From Trueperaceae bacterium (GTDB lineage: Bacteria; Deinococcota; Deinococci; Deinococcales; Trueperaceae): a DNA stretch of 64,000 nucleotides. Of this stretch, positions 30,999 through 42,626 are shown one piece after another. The position numbers and the translations under genes are program-made. The notes below the pieces were generated by a model. It was not told the origin of the DNA. It worked only from the letters and a program-made list of their open reading frames with translations, and ran no database searches. Positions within the stretch are counted from its first letter, which is position 1. Every line of letters begins with the position of its first letter. The DNA is taken from contig OZ243927.1 in NCBI GenBank assembly GCA_965213925.1, positions 1,088,001 to 1,152,000 of the forward strand. Direction: 5' to 3'.

Positions 30999-31169
30999 CT
31001 CCAGCGTTAAGTCAAAAATGAGTCGCGTCATTATTCTATTGACGCCATATTAACTGACGCCGTATTAACTGTGGAGGCGAGAGGCGGGTGTTTACTCGCC
31101 TCTCGCTTTTGCTGCGCGATCCAAAAGAAGTTAAGAAGTTCCCCCGCGGCAACCGGGTTACAATGAAGC

Positions 31170-32048
31170 ATGGCTCACCTCCGTACAGACGAAGCAGACG
31201 CCCTCTTAGACAGAGAATTTCGCGTGCTCGACAAAGGATTCGTGCGTTTAGTGGACTACTTGGGCACGGACGCTCGCATCGTGCAGGCGGCGCGCGTCTC
31301 TTACGGTGAAGGCACCAAAAGCGTGCGCGAAGACGCTGCCCTGATCGACTACCTCTTGCGCCACAAGCACACCTCCCCTTTCGAGCAGGTCATCTTGACC
31401 TTTCACCTCAAAATGCCCATCTTCGTGGCGCGCCAGTGGATTCGCCACCGCACGGCGCGGCTCAACGAGATCAGCGGGCGCTACAGCGTGATGAGAGACG
31501 AGTTCTACGCACCGGAGCCAGCGCGCGTGCAGAAGCAGAGCAAGGCGAACAAGCAGGGCTCCTCGGACGAAGTCCCAGCGGAATTACAAGCGCAGGTCGT
31601 GAAGACGCTGCGTCGAGACCAAGAGGTCGCTTATGAACACTACGAAGACCTCTTGGAAGACGACATCGCCCGCGAACTCGCCCGCATCAACCTGCCTTTA
31701 AGCCTCTACACCGAGATGTACTGGCAAATTGACCTCAACAACCTCTTCCACTTCTTAAAGCTACGTCTGGACAGTCACGCGCAGTATGAGATTCGCGTTT
31801 ACGGCGAGGCGATGGCGCAGACCGTCAGGGCGGTTGCGCCCTTGGCTTATGAAGCGTTCGAGGAGCATATTCTGTACGGGCGGAGTTTCTCCAAGAGCGA
31901 ACTCGACCTCTTACGTGAAGCGTTGGACATGGACAAATTAGAAGAAGTGTTAGCGGCGAGTGACATGCGAGGGTCGCGGCAGCGGGAGCTTTTGGAGAAA
32001 TTAGGAGTTGACCTCTTGAAGAAAAGGGAAGAGGTCGAGGCACTATGA
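31170..32048 (+). CDS. thyX: FAD-dependent thymidylate synthase
   Basis: HTSPFEQ and RHRTARLNEISGRY motifs. Confidence 0.96.
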   Translation: MAHLRTDEADALLDREFRVLDKGFVRLVDYLGTDARIVQAARVSYGEGTKSVREDAALIDYLLRHKHTSPFEQVILTFHLKMPIFVARQWIRHRTARLNEISGRYSVMRDEFYAPEPARVQKQSKANKQGSSDEVPAELQAQVVKTLRRDQEVAYEHYEDLLEDDIARELARINLPLSLYTEMYWQIDLNNLFHFLKLRLDSHAQYEIRVYGEAMAQTVRAVAPLAYEAFEEHILYGRSFSKSELDLLREALDMDKLEEVLAASDMRGSRQRELLEKLGVDLLKKREEVEAL

Positions 32049-32765
32049 ACTCATACGGAGGTGAGCCGATGTAGAGAGAAGAATAGCGGACACGCCTGCT
32101 GCAACAGGCGCAATCCGCCTCTAAGAGCACGGCATAATGAGCCGCACACCTACATCTGTATGATAGCGCGTTATGTCCGAAAAAGCACGTTTTTTTTGAA
32201 TGCTCGTTGTGCTCCTAAATTTTAGGCATTAGCAATTCTAGGAGAAATACCTTGTCACCAGAAGAACTTTTAGAATTATCGAAGTTTCTCGTGGAAGAAA
32301 CACTTTTTCAACCGCTTTTGACTCTGGTCCTTCTTGTATACCTTATAAAAGTTGCTTTGGGGGCTACAATGCAATTTTTAGAGGTGATAAAAAGAATTAG
32401 AGAATTTTGAACTAAGGGGACCGTGCGTAAGGCGGTCCCCTTAACTAAAAATCGTAGTATCAACACATGCATTATCAAATCGTCACAGTCAGTCAACTTG
32501 AACGCGGCTTTATCCGCGAAGGGTGCCAGTACTTTTTAGCGCGGTTAGAGAAGTGCACAATGGTTGAGGTCATCGCACTTAAAGAGGGTCACGGCGGCGG
32601 AGGCTTTTGGAGAAGTTGACGGTGAAAAAATAAACTTGAGAGCCGAAAAAGGGAGGTCGAAGCTTCGTGAGCTTGCGTAAGCCTATCAACAACCGCTCAA
32701 ACTCATTTGCGCGTAAATGCAACTAAGTCATAACGAAACGAAGCTCTAGGACTAAAGTCTTCTCA

Positions 32766-33179
32766 CTAATGGATACGCAGGTACATCCCGGCTGCGCGGG
32801 GAGATTCCGCTTTCGTAAAGCCGAACCGCTCGTAAAACTCGGGCGTGCCGTGGTCCGCCATAAGGCTCACGTAGGCGCTTTTAGGCGCATGACTGCGGAT
32901 ATAATCCATCAACGCTTCCATGATGCGCCGCCCCAAACCTTGCCCTTGATGCTCGGGCAAAACGGCGACGTCCACGATTTCGAAAAAGCAGCCGCCGTCA
33001 CCGATGACTCGCCCGATGCCGACGGGTCGTGACTCGGCAAAAACAGTCACCGCAAAGAGCGAATTTTTTAAGCCGACGCTCGCCGCCTCTTCCGTCTTCT
33101 CGCTCAGCCCTGCAGCTAAGCGAATGCGGATGTAATCTTGCGCTGAAGGGGTTTCTGCTTTGACTTCGTATCGTTCCAT
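32766..33179 (-). CDS. GNAT N-acetyltransferase
   Basis: VAVLPEHQGQGLG and FYERFGF motifs. Confidence 0.88.
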   Translation of the reverse strand: MERYEVKAETPSAQDYIRIRLAAGLSEKTEEAASVGLKNSLFAVTVFAESRPVGIGRVIGDGGCFFEIVDVAVLPEHQGQGLGRRIMEALMDYIRSHAPKSAYVSLMADHGTPEFYERFGFTKAESPRAAGMYLRIH

Positions 33180-33195
33180 GGGCTCTACTTTAACG

Positions 33196-33771
33196 TTATA
33201 TCTCCCAAGTCGAGCGGTAGGTTCTACCCGCGAGTAGCGCACAAAGCTCGAGCAAAACCGCCATGCTTTTCTCAAGGCGCTGCCTAGCCTCGTCACTGAG
33301 TGCGCCCTCTTGCCAGTGGCGGTTGTGCGCGTAAACGTGGTACGGGTTGATGATGCACTTGAAGTCCAACATGAGCGACGTTGCCGCCTCTCTAAAGGCA
33401 GTGTAGCTATGCGGCAAGCCGCCTGCGCTAACGAACGTCACGACTTTATCGAACAGCGCGCCCTCGAGCGTACCATCAGGCGGGGTGGAGCCGATATACT
33501 CGATATACTTCTTGAGTTCTGAGCTGACGCCCCAGTTATATACGGGGCTGCATAGGACGATACCGTCACTCGTGCGCGTTTTCTGATGAAGCTCGAGGTA
33601 AACCTCTGTTTTGTAGATGGTGTCGTTATCGAAGTTGGGCACGTTGCGTTGCTCGAGGTCTACAAGTAAGGTTTCTGCGCCACGCTGCTCCAACACCTCT
33701 TTGCATATGGAGGCTAAATTGCGGCTGCGACTCTCCTTATCCAAGCTGGTACTTAAAACTAAAATACGCAC
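33196..33771 (-). CDS. NADPH-dependent FMN reductase
   Basis: Flavodoxin-like; SPVYNW...LK motif. Confidence 0.85.
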   Translation of the reverse strand: MRILVLSTSLDKESRSRNLASICKEVLEQRGAETLLVDLEQRNVPNFDNDTIYKTEVYLELHQKTRTSDGIVLCSPVYNWGVSSELKKYIEYIGSTPPDGTLEGALFDKVVTFVSAGGLPHSYTAFREAATSLMLDFKCIINPYHVYAHNRHWQEGALSDEARQRLEKSMAVLLELCALLAGRTYRSTWEI

Positions 33772-33806
33772 AGCGTTAGCAGACCCGGTTCTTGAGTAAG
33801 CTCAGT

Positions 33807-35390
33807 TTAGACCCTCCGCCTATCTAAATCTTTGAGCAAAACCCGCGCCGCATTCCGCCCCGACGCACCCATGATGCCCCCGCCCGGATGCGTGCTCGCG
33901 CCCGTCAAATAGAGCCCTTTGAGGTGCGTCTTGTACTCCGCCATCCCTAAGAAGGGACGTAGCGCAAACATTTGGTCTAAGCTCATCTCCAAATGCATCA
34001 CGTTGCCTCGGTAGAGCCCTAAGTTGCGCTCGAGCCACTCCGGATGCTGAAACAGCCCGCCGACCACGCTCTCCTTCGTTCCCGGCGCGTAACACTCGAA
34101 CGTGTCTAAGATGCGCTCCGCGACCTCTTCTTGCACCTCGTCCCAGGTTGCGCCGTTCGCCAGCTCGTAGGGAAAATATTGCGCCCAGAGCCACAGCACT
34201 TCGCCACCAGGAGGCGCGAGCGTGTCGTCTACCGCGCTAAAACTCATCGCGACGATGGGCGGGTCCGAGGCGGGACGCCCTGCCATATAGTCGCCGTAGG
34301 CAGCCGAGAGCTGCTTACGGTCACGGCAGACGAGTTGCAAAGCTCGCCGCGCCTCGTCACCGGGGTGGGCAGGGTAGCGAATCGGCTTGTCGAGCGCGAG
34401 GCGCAAAATCGCCCCGAAGCCGTTGCCGATGCGCATGTTTTTAGCCCCTTTCGGGCGGTGTTCTTCGGGTAAAAGTTTACCGAAAGTTTCCAAGGCGTGT
34501 GCCCCCGCCATAATCGTGCGGGCGGTGTAGGTCTGCCCGTCCACCTTGACGCCCGTCGCCCTTTTCCCTTCGACCAAAATCTCTTCGACAGGTGCGCTCG
34601 TATGCACCTCACCGCCGTGCGCCTCGATGTGGTTTTTGAGCGCCTGCGTCAGCATCCCCGAGCCGCCCTTAGGACGCGCCATACCGCCCTCGTGATACAG
34701 CGGGTGCCACAGCAAGAAGGGCGAGGTCATCGGCTCCGAGGGCGGCGGACCCGACTGCGCCGCCATCCACACCAAGGGCGTCTTGACCTTCTCCTCAGAA
34801 AAATAGTCGTCTACGATGTCGCCATACGGCTTCAAAATCTTCGGCAGCGCCTCTTTCCAATCACCCTGAATCGCTTTGCCGAACATCATCTTTTTGCCTA
34901 AGTTAAAGGGGCTCGGCGTGCTCAGGAAGAGTTCTTTGACGACTTGCGAAAAGGGTCGCCACTCATCCATGAACCGCTTGTACGCTTCGCCCTCGCCAGG
35001 GAATTTGCTCTCCAAATGCTCGATTGTTTTTTCTTCACTACGGTAGAAAAAGACGCTGTCGCCGTCCGGGTAGGGCGCGAAGAAGAGCGGGTCGATGTCG
35101 ATGTACTCGAGCCCGTACTTTTCAAGCCCTAACTCCTCGACAATCGGCGTTAAGCGGATTAAAATATGCGCACTGCCACCCAAGTCGAACTTATAGCCAG
35201 GGACCATCTCTTTAGTCGAGACCGCGCCCCCGACGATGTCGCGCCGCTCAAAGACGCCCACCTTGTAGCCCGCTTGCGCTAGATAGGCGCTAGAAATGAG
35301 CGCGTTATGTCCTGCGCCGATGGTAATGACGTCGTAATCTCGGTGGCTTGGGTTTCGCTGCGTTGGCACAGCGGATTGTACCCCTTCCAA
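33807..35390 (-). CDS. crtO: CrtO-type carotenoid ketolase (phytoene dehydrogenase superfamily)
   Basis: [27 protein letters not shown] and LLWHPLYH as I recall from Deinococcus CrtO; next to crtI. Confidence 0.8.
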   Translation of the reverse strand: MEGVQSAVPTQRNPSHRDYDVITIGAGHNALISSAYLAQAGYKVGVFERRDIVGGAVSTKEMVPGYKFDLGGSAHILIRLTPIVEELGLEKYGLEYIDIDPLFFAPYPDGDSVFFYRSEEKTIEHLESKFPGEGEAYKRFMDEWRPFSQVVKELFLSTPSPFNLGKKMMFGKAIQGDWKEALPKILKPYGDIVDDYFSEEKVKTPLVWMAAQSGPPPSEPMTSPFLLWHPLYHEGGMARPKGGSGMLTQALKNHIEAHGGEVHTSAPVEEILVEGKRATGVKVDGQTYTARTIMAGAHALETFGKLLPEEHRPKGAKNMRIGNGFGAILRLALDKPIRYPAHPGDEARRALQLVCRDRKQLSAAYGDYMAGRPASDPPIVAMSFSAVDDTLAPPGGEVLWLWAQYFPYELANGATWDEVQEEVAERILDTFECYAPGTKESVVGGLFQHPEWLERNLGLYRGNVMHLEMSLDQMFALRPFLGMAEYKTHLKGLYLTGASTHPGGGIMGASGRNAARVLLKDLDRRRV

Positions 35391-35622
35391 CCTTGTGAAA
35401 ACGTGGGCAAGGTGCCGAACTTACTTCATGAAGTATTGGTTGAGGTCAGCGCGGCGAGTGTGAAAGGGGTTTAACCTCTTCACCTCGAGCCTCTACAAAT
35501 TTTTACAGCAGGAGTTTTGTACCTTGCTCCTTCACGGAGCCAAAACGTCACTGTGTCTTGAGCTAGAAATGTTGGCTCGAGACACAACGGAAGTCTGCAA
35601 AGGGAAGGTTGCCCCAGATGAA

Positions 35623-37284
35623 CTACGCTCCAACCATCTCCTCTTGCTCCCGCGGCTCGAGCTTCCCTACGCCGCTCACGATTTCATCTGAAACTTCAAA
35701 GTCTTTGGCAATCACCCGCGCTGTTATCTTCGCCGACATCATGACCGAGGGCGTGCCGCCGCCCGGCTGCGCGTTCGCACCCACTAAGTAGAGGTTGCTC
35801 ACGTCCTCACTGCGGTTGTGCGGACGAAAAAAGGCGGACTGCACGAGAACGGGCTCGACGCCGAAGCCATTGCCCATATAAGAATTGAGTGTCCCCTCGA
35901 AGTAGTCGGGCGTGATGAAGCTTTGATAGACGAGTCGCTCTTTTAAGCCGGGGATATAGCCGCGCTCATCCAGAAAGGTCAAAATCTTATCGGCAAAAGG
36001 CTCGCCGAGCGCGTCCCAATTCAACCCGCTACCCTTATGGGGCACAGGGACAAGCGTATACGCTGCGTGATGTCCTGGCGGCGCGAGGCTGGGGTCGGTG
36101 AGCGTCGGAATGTGGAGGTACTGCGAAAAGTCTTCTGCCAAAATCTTACGGTCAAAGATGTCGGTTAAAAGTTCTTCGTAGCGCGGACCCAAGATGATGT
36201 TGTGGTGCTGCAAGTCAAGCTCTGGCGGCGCGCGAAAGCCGAAATAGATAACGAAAAGCGACATCGACTGCTTACGCGCTTTGACCACCACGTCGCGGTT
36301 CCAGAAGCGGTGCTCTTGATCAATGAGGTTCAAGTAGGTGCTGGCGTAGTCGCCGTTAGAGACGACGAGGTCAGCGTCCAACCTCTCGCCGTTCGCCAAT
36401 GTCACGCCCTTCGCCACCTTTTTCTTGTCCTCTTTGACGACCTCAATACGCGCCACTTCACTCTCGAAGCGAATCTCTCCACTTAGTTCCTCAAACTTCT
36501 TCACAAAACCGTCCACCAACGCGCCCGTGCCGCCCATTGCGAAGTGGATGCCCCAGGTCTTCTCGACGAAGTGAATCATCGCGTAAATCGCCGGAACCTT
36601 GAGCGGGTTGCCGCCGACTAAAAGGGGTTCGAAGGAGAAGACCTGACGCATCTTGTCCGACTTGAAATATTTCTTAACGAGCGAAAAGAGCGGGCGCACC
36701 GCGTCTAAACGCAGTAAGTCGGGCACGACGCGCAGCATCGAGGGGACGTTGCCGAAGTACGTATAGCCAAGCTCTAAAAAGCCTCGCTCGAAGATCGCCT
36801 TCGCCGCCTCGTGGAACCTCTCGTAGCCCTCTAAATCTTCCGGCGCAAGCTCTTTAATCTGCCTGCGCGTGCCCTCCGGGTCGCCGTCGTAGTCGAAGAA
36901 GGTGCCGTCGTCGAAGTAGATGCGGTAGAAGGGGAGTATGGGGACGATTTGGGCGTACTGCGAGGTGGCGGGTCCGCCGCTGACGCCCTGTTTGATGCGC
37001 TCGCCCGAGAGGGTGTGCGGCGGGAAGTCGGGCTCGCTGAGCGCCGCCGCGCCGCGCTCTAAGGCGAACAGCTCCTCAATGAAGTGCGGCACGGTCAATA
37101 CGGTGGGTCCCATGTCGAAGGTGAAGCCTTCCGCGTGTCTCACGTAGGCGCGTCCGCCGGGACCGTCGAGTTTCTCCACAATCGTCGTCTCGAACCCTAA
37201 GCTCTGTAGGCGAATCCCAAGCGCGAGCCCGCCGATGCCCGAGCCGATGATGACGGCTCTGTTAGCCTTTTCGTTAGTTTGCAT
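35623..37284 (-). CDS. crtI: Phytoene desaturase
   Basis: IGSGIGG, FDMGPTV, NLYLVGA...PGGG. Confidence 0.92.
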   Translation of the reverse strand: MQTNEKANRAVIIGSGIGGLALGIRLQSLGFETTIVEKLDGPGGRAYVRHAEGFTFDMGPTVLTVPHFIEELFALERGAAALSEPDFPPHTLSGERIKQGVSGGPATSQYAQIVPILPFYRIYFDDGTFFDYDGDPEGTRRQIKELAPEDLEGYERFHEAAKAIFERGFLELGYTYFGNVPSMLRVVPDLLRLDAVRPLFSLVKKYFKSDKMRQVFSFEPLLVGGNPLKVPAIYAMIHFVEKTWGIHFAMGGTGALVDGFVKKFEELSGEIRFESEVARIEVVKEDKKKVAKGVTLANGERLDADLVVSNGDYASTYLNLIDQEHRFWNRDVVVKARKQSMSLFVIYFGFRAPPELDLQHHNIILGPRYEELLTDIFDRKILAEDFSQYLHIPTLTDPSLAPPGHHAAYTLVPVPHKGSGLNWDALGEPFADKILTFLDERGYIPGLKERLVYQSFITPDYFEGTLNSYMGNGFGVEPVLVQSAFFRPHNRSEDVSNLYLVGANAQPGGGTPSVMMSAKITARVIAKDFEVSDEIVSGVGKLEPREQEEMVGA

Positions 37285-37434
37285 ACCCTACATTATGCCC
37301 CGTGTCCGCCGCTAGGCTATGTGGTGTGCGGGGGCTTCTAGGGGGTTCTGATGTGACTTGTCTGGGTGCTAAGAGGTTGAAGCTCGAGCCATCCAACCTT
37401 CAACCTATCCCCCAAGGTGTACAGTTAAGTCAAT

Positions 37435-38211
37435 ATGGTCAAGCTAATCCGCACGCTGCTCCTGCTCAGCCTGCTGCTCTACACGGGGGTAGGCGCTGCG
37501 CAAGTAGAAACGCCCGCTAGAGCGTGCCCTGACTTCAGCGCTGCGGAGCTTCGTCAAAGTGTTGGGAGTACGGCGCAAGCGTTCCAGGCGGATGCGCAAA
37601 GGCTCAACCGAAGCCTGAGCGTTAGGGCTCCTAAGCTGTCTGACCTCTCTAAAATCCAGCCTGGTCAAGCAGTGCAGTCGCTTGGAGAACAGGCGAACCG
37701 CGTCAGAGCGCTCGAGTGGCGCGAAGGTGCCAGTGCACTGGCGTCAGGTGCAGCCTCGAGTGTCACAAAAGGCTGGCAAGGCGTCAAAGAGGTCGCGCCA
37801 GTGTCGGCGCGTTGTTTGCAGCAGTGGACAGGTCGAGCGTCCAACGTCGTCCAGAGCGTACCTGCGCCCAACCTCACCGAGCCAGCACAAGAGACGGATA
37901 GTTCGGGCGCACCTGAGCGGCTCGAGCCCGCGCCTCTACCAGTGCCGGAGCTAGAGGTGGCGACAGGCGTACTCGACAGCGTCCGCCGCGCTGTCATGGA
38001 CAGGGTAACGCAGCACGTCCCGGTACAAGTTGGCTCAGGAGCTATTGACACGCTTGCTAACGCCTTCCCTACGGCGTTCCGGCTCATCAAGTACTACGTG
38101 ATTTGGGTTTTCACAACGTCAATTCTAGTGACTGTTTTGCTCATCGTTATTCTCGCTCGCTTGGGGTATATGTTGCTGTTTTCGTCTGGGCGTTCTGAAG
38201 GCGTGAAGTAG
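37435..38211 (+). CDS. Hypothetical exported protein with C-terminal membrane anchor
   Basis: Signal peptide, low-complexity middle, C-terminal TM helix. Confidence 0.6.
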   Translation: MVKLIRTLLLLSLLLYTGVGAAQVETPARACPDFSAAELRQSVGSTAQAFQADAQRLNRSLSVRAPKLSDLSKIQPGQAVQSLGEQANRVRALEWREGASALASGAASSVTKGWQGVKEVAPVSARCLQQWTGRASNVVQSVPAPNLTEPAQETDSSGAPERLEPAPLPVPELEVATGVLDSVRRAVMDRVTQHVPVQVGSGAIDTLANAFPTAFRLIKYYVIWVFTTSILVTVLLIVILARLGYMLLFSSGRSEGVK

Positions 38212-38368
38212 GGGCTCGAGCCGATTCACCCTTCGAAGCTGCCGCAAAGTTAAAAATCTCTCGTTTTGCAGTCGCTAGCGATTAGTGCGGGTGTAAATAA
38301 CGTCACTTGCGATCAAAAAAGAGGAAAATTCTGCTCTTTAGTGTGACAGGTGTACATAGCATAATTAT

Positions 38369-41300
38369 GTGTCCTTGCAACTTATCAACCAATACCGCAG
38401 CAAAGTCGAGCGCTACATCCAGTACGGCGGCTCGCGCAACGAACAGAGTCTCCGCAACGCTTTTTATCAACTCTTAGAAGGCTACGCCCGCACGCAGAGC
38501 TTAGAGTTGATTGCTGAACTCGAGTACCGCGTGGGCGGCGTCGCTGTCTACCCCGATGGCACGCTCAAGGATGCCTTGCGCCAAGACCGCGGCTACTGGG
38601 AGAGCAAAGACCAGTACGATGATCTGTACGAAGAGGTCGATAAGAAGTTTCAGAAGGGCTACCCCAACACCAATATCCTCTTCGATGATACGCGGCAGGT
38701 CCTTCTCTATCAAAACGGACAAGAGGTCGGTCTCGCCGTCGTTGAAGACGCCGAGACCTTAAACGCGCTCCTGAGCCAGTTCGTCAGCTACGAGCCGCCG
38801 AGCGTCAAGACCTTCCGCGACGCGATTGAGAAATTCAAGCTCGATATACCCGACTTGCTGGGCGAACTCCGCAAGGTGATTGAAGAGCAAGCGTCAACGA
38901 ACAGCGACTTCACTGCTCAGCGCAACCGCTTGCTAGACCTGACGCAAAAAGCCATCAACCCACACTTAGGTTTAGAAGACGTGCGCGAGATGGTCATTCA
39001 GCACATCCTGACTGAAGGGATTTTCACCTCGGTCTTTAACGACAGCCACTTTCACCGCGAGAACAACATCGCCCGTGAGCTTTACAAAGTCACCGAGACC
39101 TTTTTCACCGGAGCGCTGAGAAAGAATGCGCTTCTCAAAATTGAGCCCTATTACAACGTCATCAAAGCGGCGGCGGCGAACATCGCCAACCACCACGAAA
39201 AGCAAAAGTTCCTCAAGGTCGTCTACGAAAACTTCTACAAAGCCTACAACCCCGCCGCCACTGACCGCTTGGGCATCGTTTACACCCCCAACGAAATCGT
39301 CCGCTTCATGATCGAAGCCGCTGACCACCTCACCCACAAGCACTTCGGCAAGTTTTTAGGCGACGAAGGCGTGAATATCTTAGACCCCGCCACCGGAACC
39401 GGCACGTTCATCACCGAGATTATCGAGTATTTGCCCAAGCACCAGCTCAAGCACAAATACGCCCACGAACTCTTCTGCAATGAAGTCGCGCTGCTGCCCT
39501 ACTACACCGCGAACCTCAACATCGAATACACCTATCAGCAGAAGATGGGCCACTACGCCGAGTTTGAAAACATCGCGTTTGTAGACACCCTAGAAAACCT
39601 CAACTACGTCGGCTCGGAAGGTCAGTTCAGCATGTTCGAGTTGACGGCTGAGAACCTGGAGCGCATCAAGCGGCAGAACGAGAACAAGATTTCGGTGATT
39701 ATTGGGAATCCGCCTTATAACGCCAATCAACTCAACGAAAATGAGAACAACAAGAACCGCTCCTATCCGTTTATTGACGAACGCATCAAAAATACCTATG
39801 TCAAAGAGAGCACTGCGCAAAAGACCAAAGTGTACGACATGTATTCGCGTTTTATTCGCTGGGCGAGTGACCGCGTGGGTGAAAACGGCGTGATTGCCTT
39901 CGTTGTCAACCGCTCGTTCATAGACTCGCACACTTTTGATGGGTTTAGAAAGGTTGTGGCGGAGGAGTTCGGGGACATTTACATTGTGGATTTAGGTGGC
40001 GATGTTCGCGCTAACCCGAAGCTGTCAGGAACGACGCACAACGTTTTCGGAATTCAAACAGGCGTGACAATCGTCTACTTTGTTAAAAGAGAAAAGCGAG
40101 CGGGCAAAGCCAATATCTACTACACGCGCCGTCCTGAGATGGAAACGGCAAGAGAGAAGTTGCAATGGATAAACGTAGCTGACTTCGAGCAACTACCTTT
40201 TAAGCATATTGTTCCGAATAAACGCCACATTTGGATAAATCAAGCTGAGAATGAATGGGACGATTTATTGCCCGTCGCAACCTCAGAAACAAAAGCAGCA
40301 GAAAAACAAAGTGAAATCAATGCAGTATACAAATTTTACTCTCTTGGGGTTTCAACAAATCGTGATGAATGGGTATACGACTTCAGTAAAGACGTTCTTA
40401 AAGAAAAAGTACAGTTTTTTATCAAGTTTTATGAAGCAGACCGAAAGCGCTGGCTAAAAGAAGGAAGAGATAAGAAAACAAGACAAGAAATTCCAATTGG
40501 CGACTTCGTGAATAGAACTATCAAGTGGACAAGTAATCTACAAAATCATCTAGCACGTGGAACCCGTTTGCAGTTTAACTCTAAAAAAATTGTACAGACG
40601 ATGTATCGTCCTTTTGTTACCCAATGGCTCTACTCAGAAGACACAATGTCTGACAGATTAACTTCAAATCACTTCGAAATGTTTGGGTCGAACTTACAGC
40701 AAAACAACACTGTAATAACCTTCTCTGGAAGTGGCGCATCAAAATCCTTTTCCACTTTTGTTACCGATAAGCTATTCAGCCTAGACCTGTTAGAGAAAAC
40801 TCAATGCCTCCCCCTCTACCGTTACGACGACGAAGGCAACCGCCTAGACAACATCACGGGCTGGGGACTGAAGAAATTTCGGGAACACTACGGCGGCGAC
40901 TTCGCTGAAGAACTCGAGCTGCCTAACCTCAAAGTTGTGCAAAAACATTACGCAGCGCTCGAGGCAAAAATCGAAGAGGTCGCCGAGAGGTTGAGGCTCG
41001 AGGATGGAAACGCTGAGAAAATCCGTTTAGAGCATCAGCTCTCGACGTTGAAAGCGCAACTCCTCAACGTCAAAGAGAACGCCGCTATCTTCTGTTACAC
41101 CTACGGCGTCTTGCACAACCCCGCTTACCGCAAAAAGTACGAACTCAACCTCAAGCGCGAGTTCCCGCATATCCCCTTTTACGAGGACTTCGCGCAGTGG
41201 GCCGCGTGGGGCGAGAGGTTGATGAGTCTGCATCTGGACTATGAGACAGTCGCGCCTTATCCCTTGAAGCGTAACGACGCAAAAAGTGTCAAGAACCCGA

Positions 41301-41620
41301 AAGCGAAACTCAAGGCGGACAGGGAGGCGGGGCTGATTGTGCTGGATTCTGAGACGGGGCTCTCCGGCGTGCCGTCTGAGGTGTGGGACTATAAGCTGGG
41401 GAACCGCTCGGCGCTCGAGTGGGTCTTAGACCGCTATAAGGAGAAAAAGCCGCGTGACCCGACCATCCGCGAGAAGTTCAATGCGTATAGGTTTGTGGAC
41501 TATAAGGAAGAGGTCATTGACCTTTTGAAGCGGGTTTGCACGGTGAGTGTGAAGACGGTAAAAATTATCAGAGAGATGGAAAACCTGGAAAAGATAGGTG
41601 TCGAGAAAATCACGGCGTAG
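38369..41620 (+). CDS. Single-polypeptide type IIG/ISP-like restriction-modification enzyme without helicase
   Basis: PD...ESK nuclease motif, LDPATGTG, GNPPY; ISP-like C-terminus (YRPF, YKLGNRSALEWV). Confidence 0.88.
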   Translation: MSLQLINQYRSKVERYIQYGGSRNEQSLRNAFYQLLEGYARTQSLELIAELEYRVGGVAVYPDGTLKDALRQDRGYWESKDQYDDLYEEVDKKFQKGYPNTNILFDDTRQVLLYQNGQEVGLAVVEDAETLNALLSQFVSYEPPSVKTFRDAIEKFKLDIPDLLGELRKVIEEQASTNSDFTAQRNRLLDLTQKAINPHLGLEDVREMVIQHILTEGIFTSVFNDSHFHRENNIARELYKVTETFFTGALRKNALLKIEPYYNVIKAAAANIANHHEKQKFLKVVYENFYKAYNPAATDRLGIVYTPNEIVRFMIEAADHLTHKHFGKFLGDEGVNILDPATGTGTFITEIIEYLPKHQLKHKYAHELFCNEVALLPYYTANLNIEYTYQQKMGHYAEFENIAFVDTLENLNYVGSEGQFSMFELTAENLERIKRQNENKISVIIGNPPYNANQLNENENNKNRSYPFIDERIKNTYVKESTAQKTKVYDMYSRFIRWASDRVGENGVIAFVVNRSFIDSHTFDGFRKVVAEEFGDIYIVDLGGDVRANPKLSGTTHNVFGIQTGVTIVYFVKREKRAGKANIYYTRRPEMETAREKLQWINVADFEQLPFKHIVPNKRHIWINQAENEWDDLLPVATSETKAAEKQSEINAVYKFYSLGVSTNRDEWVYDFSKDVLKEKVQFFIKFYEADRKRWLKEGRDKKTRQEIPIGDFVNRTIKWTSNLQNHLARGTRLQFNSKKIVQTMYRPFVTQWLYSEDTMSDRLTSNHFEMFGSNLQQNNTVITFSGSGASKSFSTFVTDKLFSLDLLEKTQCLPLYRYDDEGNRLDNITGWGLKKFREHYGGDFAEELELPNLKVVQKHYAALEAKIEEVAERLRLEDGNAEKIRLEHQLSTLKAQLLNVKENAAIFCYTYGVLHNPAYRKKYELNLKREFPHIPFYEDFAQWAAWGERLMSLHLDYETVAPYPLKRNDAKSVKNPKAKLKADREAGLIVLDSETGLSGVPSEVWDYKLGNRSALEWVLDRYKEKKPRDPTIREKFNAYRFVDYKEEVIDLLKRVCTVSVKTVKIIREMENLEKIGVEKITA

Positions 41621-41751
41621 CAGCATTTGTGAAAAGAGTACGGGCTCATGCAGCAGCGTTTGATGGGAAAAAAGCGTGCGAAGCTTGACGAGCAGACCCG
41701 CGCACCTCTCTCACTCTTGACGTACATACATTTTGTATATACGGTGCTAAA

Positions 41752-42030
41752 ATGACCTTTAAGTGGGACGAGGCAAAGAGTAGGGGTAACGTCCGCAAAC
41801 ATGGCTACAGTTTTGAGGATGCCGAAAAGGTCTTTTCGGGCGTCTACCTTGAAGTTGAGGATGACCGTGAGGATTACGGCGAGCCGCGCTACCTCGTCTT
41901 CGGGCTTCTAAAGGGCAATGTGGTTGTCGTCTGCTACACACTTAGGGGCGAAGACACATACCGAATCATCTCTATGCGAAAGGGGAACCGTAATGAAACA
42001 GACGCCTACTACCAATACGCAGGTTTCTAA
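41752..42030 (+). CDS. brnT: BrnT-family toxin
   Basis: FKWDEAK...KHG..F, YGEPR, RIISMRK. Confidence 0.9.
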   Translation: MTFKWDEAKSRGNVRKHGYSFEDAEKVFSGVYLEVEDDREDYGEPRYLVFGLLKGNVVVVCYTLRGEDTYRIISMRKGNRNETDAYYQYAGF

Positions 42031-42289
42031 AACCGATTGGAAGCGTGTGGATAAGCTGCGAGACGAAGATATAGACTACTCTGACATTCCGCCGACCTCA
42101 CCCGAGTTGTTCGCCAAAGCTGCGGTGAAAGAGGGTGGCGTGAATGTTCGTGAACCCAAACAAGCAATTTCGCTCCGGGTAGATAGAGACACTTTGGCTT
42201 GGTTCAAAGCGCAGGGTGAGGGCTATCAAACACATATAAACGCCGTTTTAGAAGCGTATGTAGCGGCGCAGAAAGCAGCGAACGAATGA
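41993..42289 (+). CDS. brnA: BrnA-family antitoxin
   Basis: TDW..V, ISLRVDRDTLAWFK..G.GYQT.IN. Confidence 0.9.
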   Translation: MKQTPTTNTQVSKTDWKRVDKLRDEDIDYSDIPPTSPELFAKAAVKEGGVNVREPKQAISLRVDRDTLAWFKAQGEGYQTHINAVLEAYVAAQKAANE

Positions 42290-42316
42290 TTGAAGGCTTA
42301 GGGCTAGGTCACGATC

Positions 42317-42532
42317 ATGTTTGAGCGCATTACCTTTGATCCGCACCAGTTCGGCGGTAAACCGTGCATCCGAGGTTTGCGCGTCACGGTAGGCACGGTG
42401 CTGACCCTCTTGCGCGACCACAGCCGCGAAGAAATCTTAACGGACTATCCCGAGCTAGAAGCCGAAGATATAGACGCGGCGCTTATGTACGCGGCGTATC
42501 TGGCTGAAGAGCGTGACATCTTGGTGGCGTGA
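42317..42532 (+). CDS. DUF433 antitoxin-like protein
   Basis: GGKPCIRGLRVTV...EILTDYPEL..EDI. Confidence 0.9.
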   Translation: MFERITFDPHQFGGKPCIRGLRVTVGTVLTLLRDHSREEILTDYPELEAEDIDAALMYAAYLAEERDILVA

Positions 42533-42626
42533 GGTTTCTCGTTTCCGAAGGAGTCTATGCAGTAAACAATCGGAATTCGCATAAGGAGGACTTAGCGCGT
42601 CTGCCTCGCCAATCGAGCCGACGATA

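Noticed and set aside
31040..31069. 15-bp tandem repeat TGACGCC(A/G)TATTAAC upstream of thyX
   Set aside because: Only two units, no spacers; cannot be told from a chance slippage duplication
32100..32760. AT-rich spacer with a hairpin near 32410-32450 and short ORFs
   Set aside because: No convincing gene, RNA family or repeat recognised
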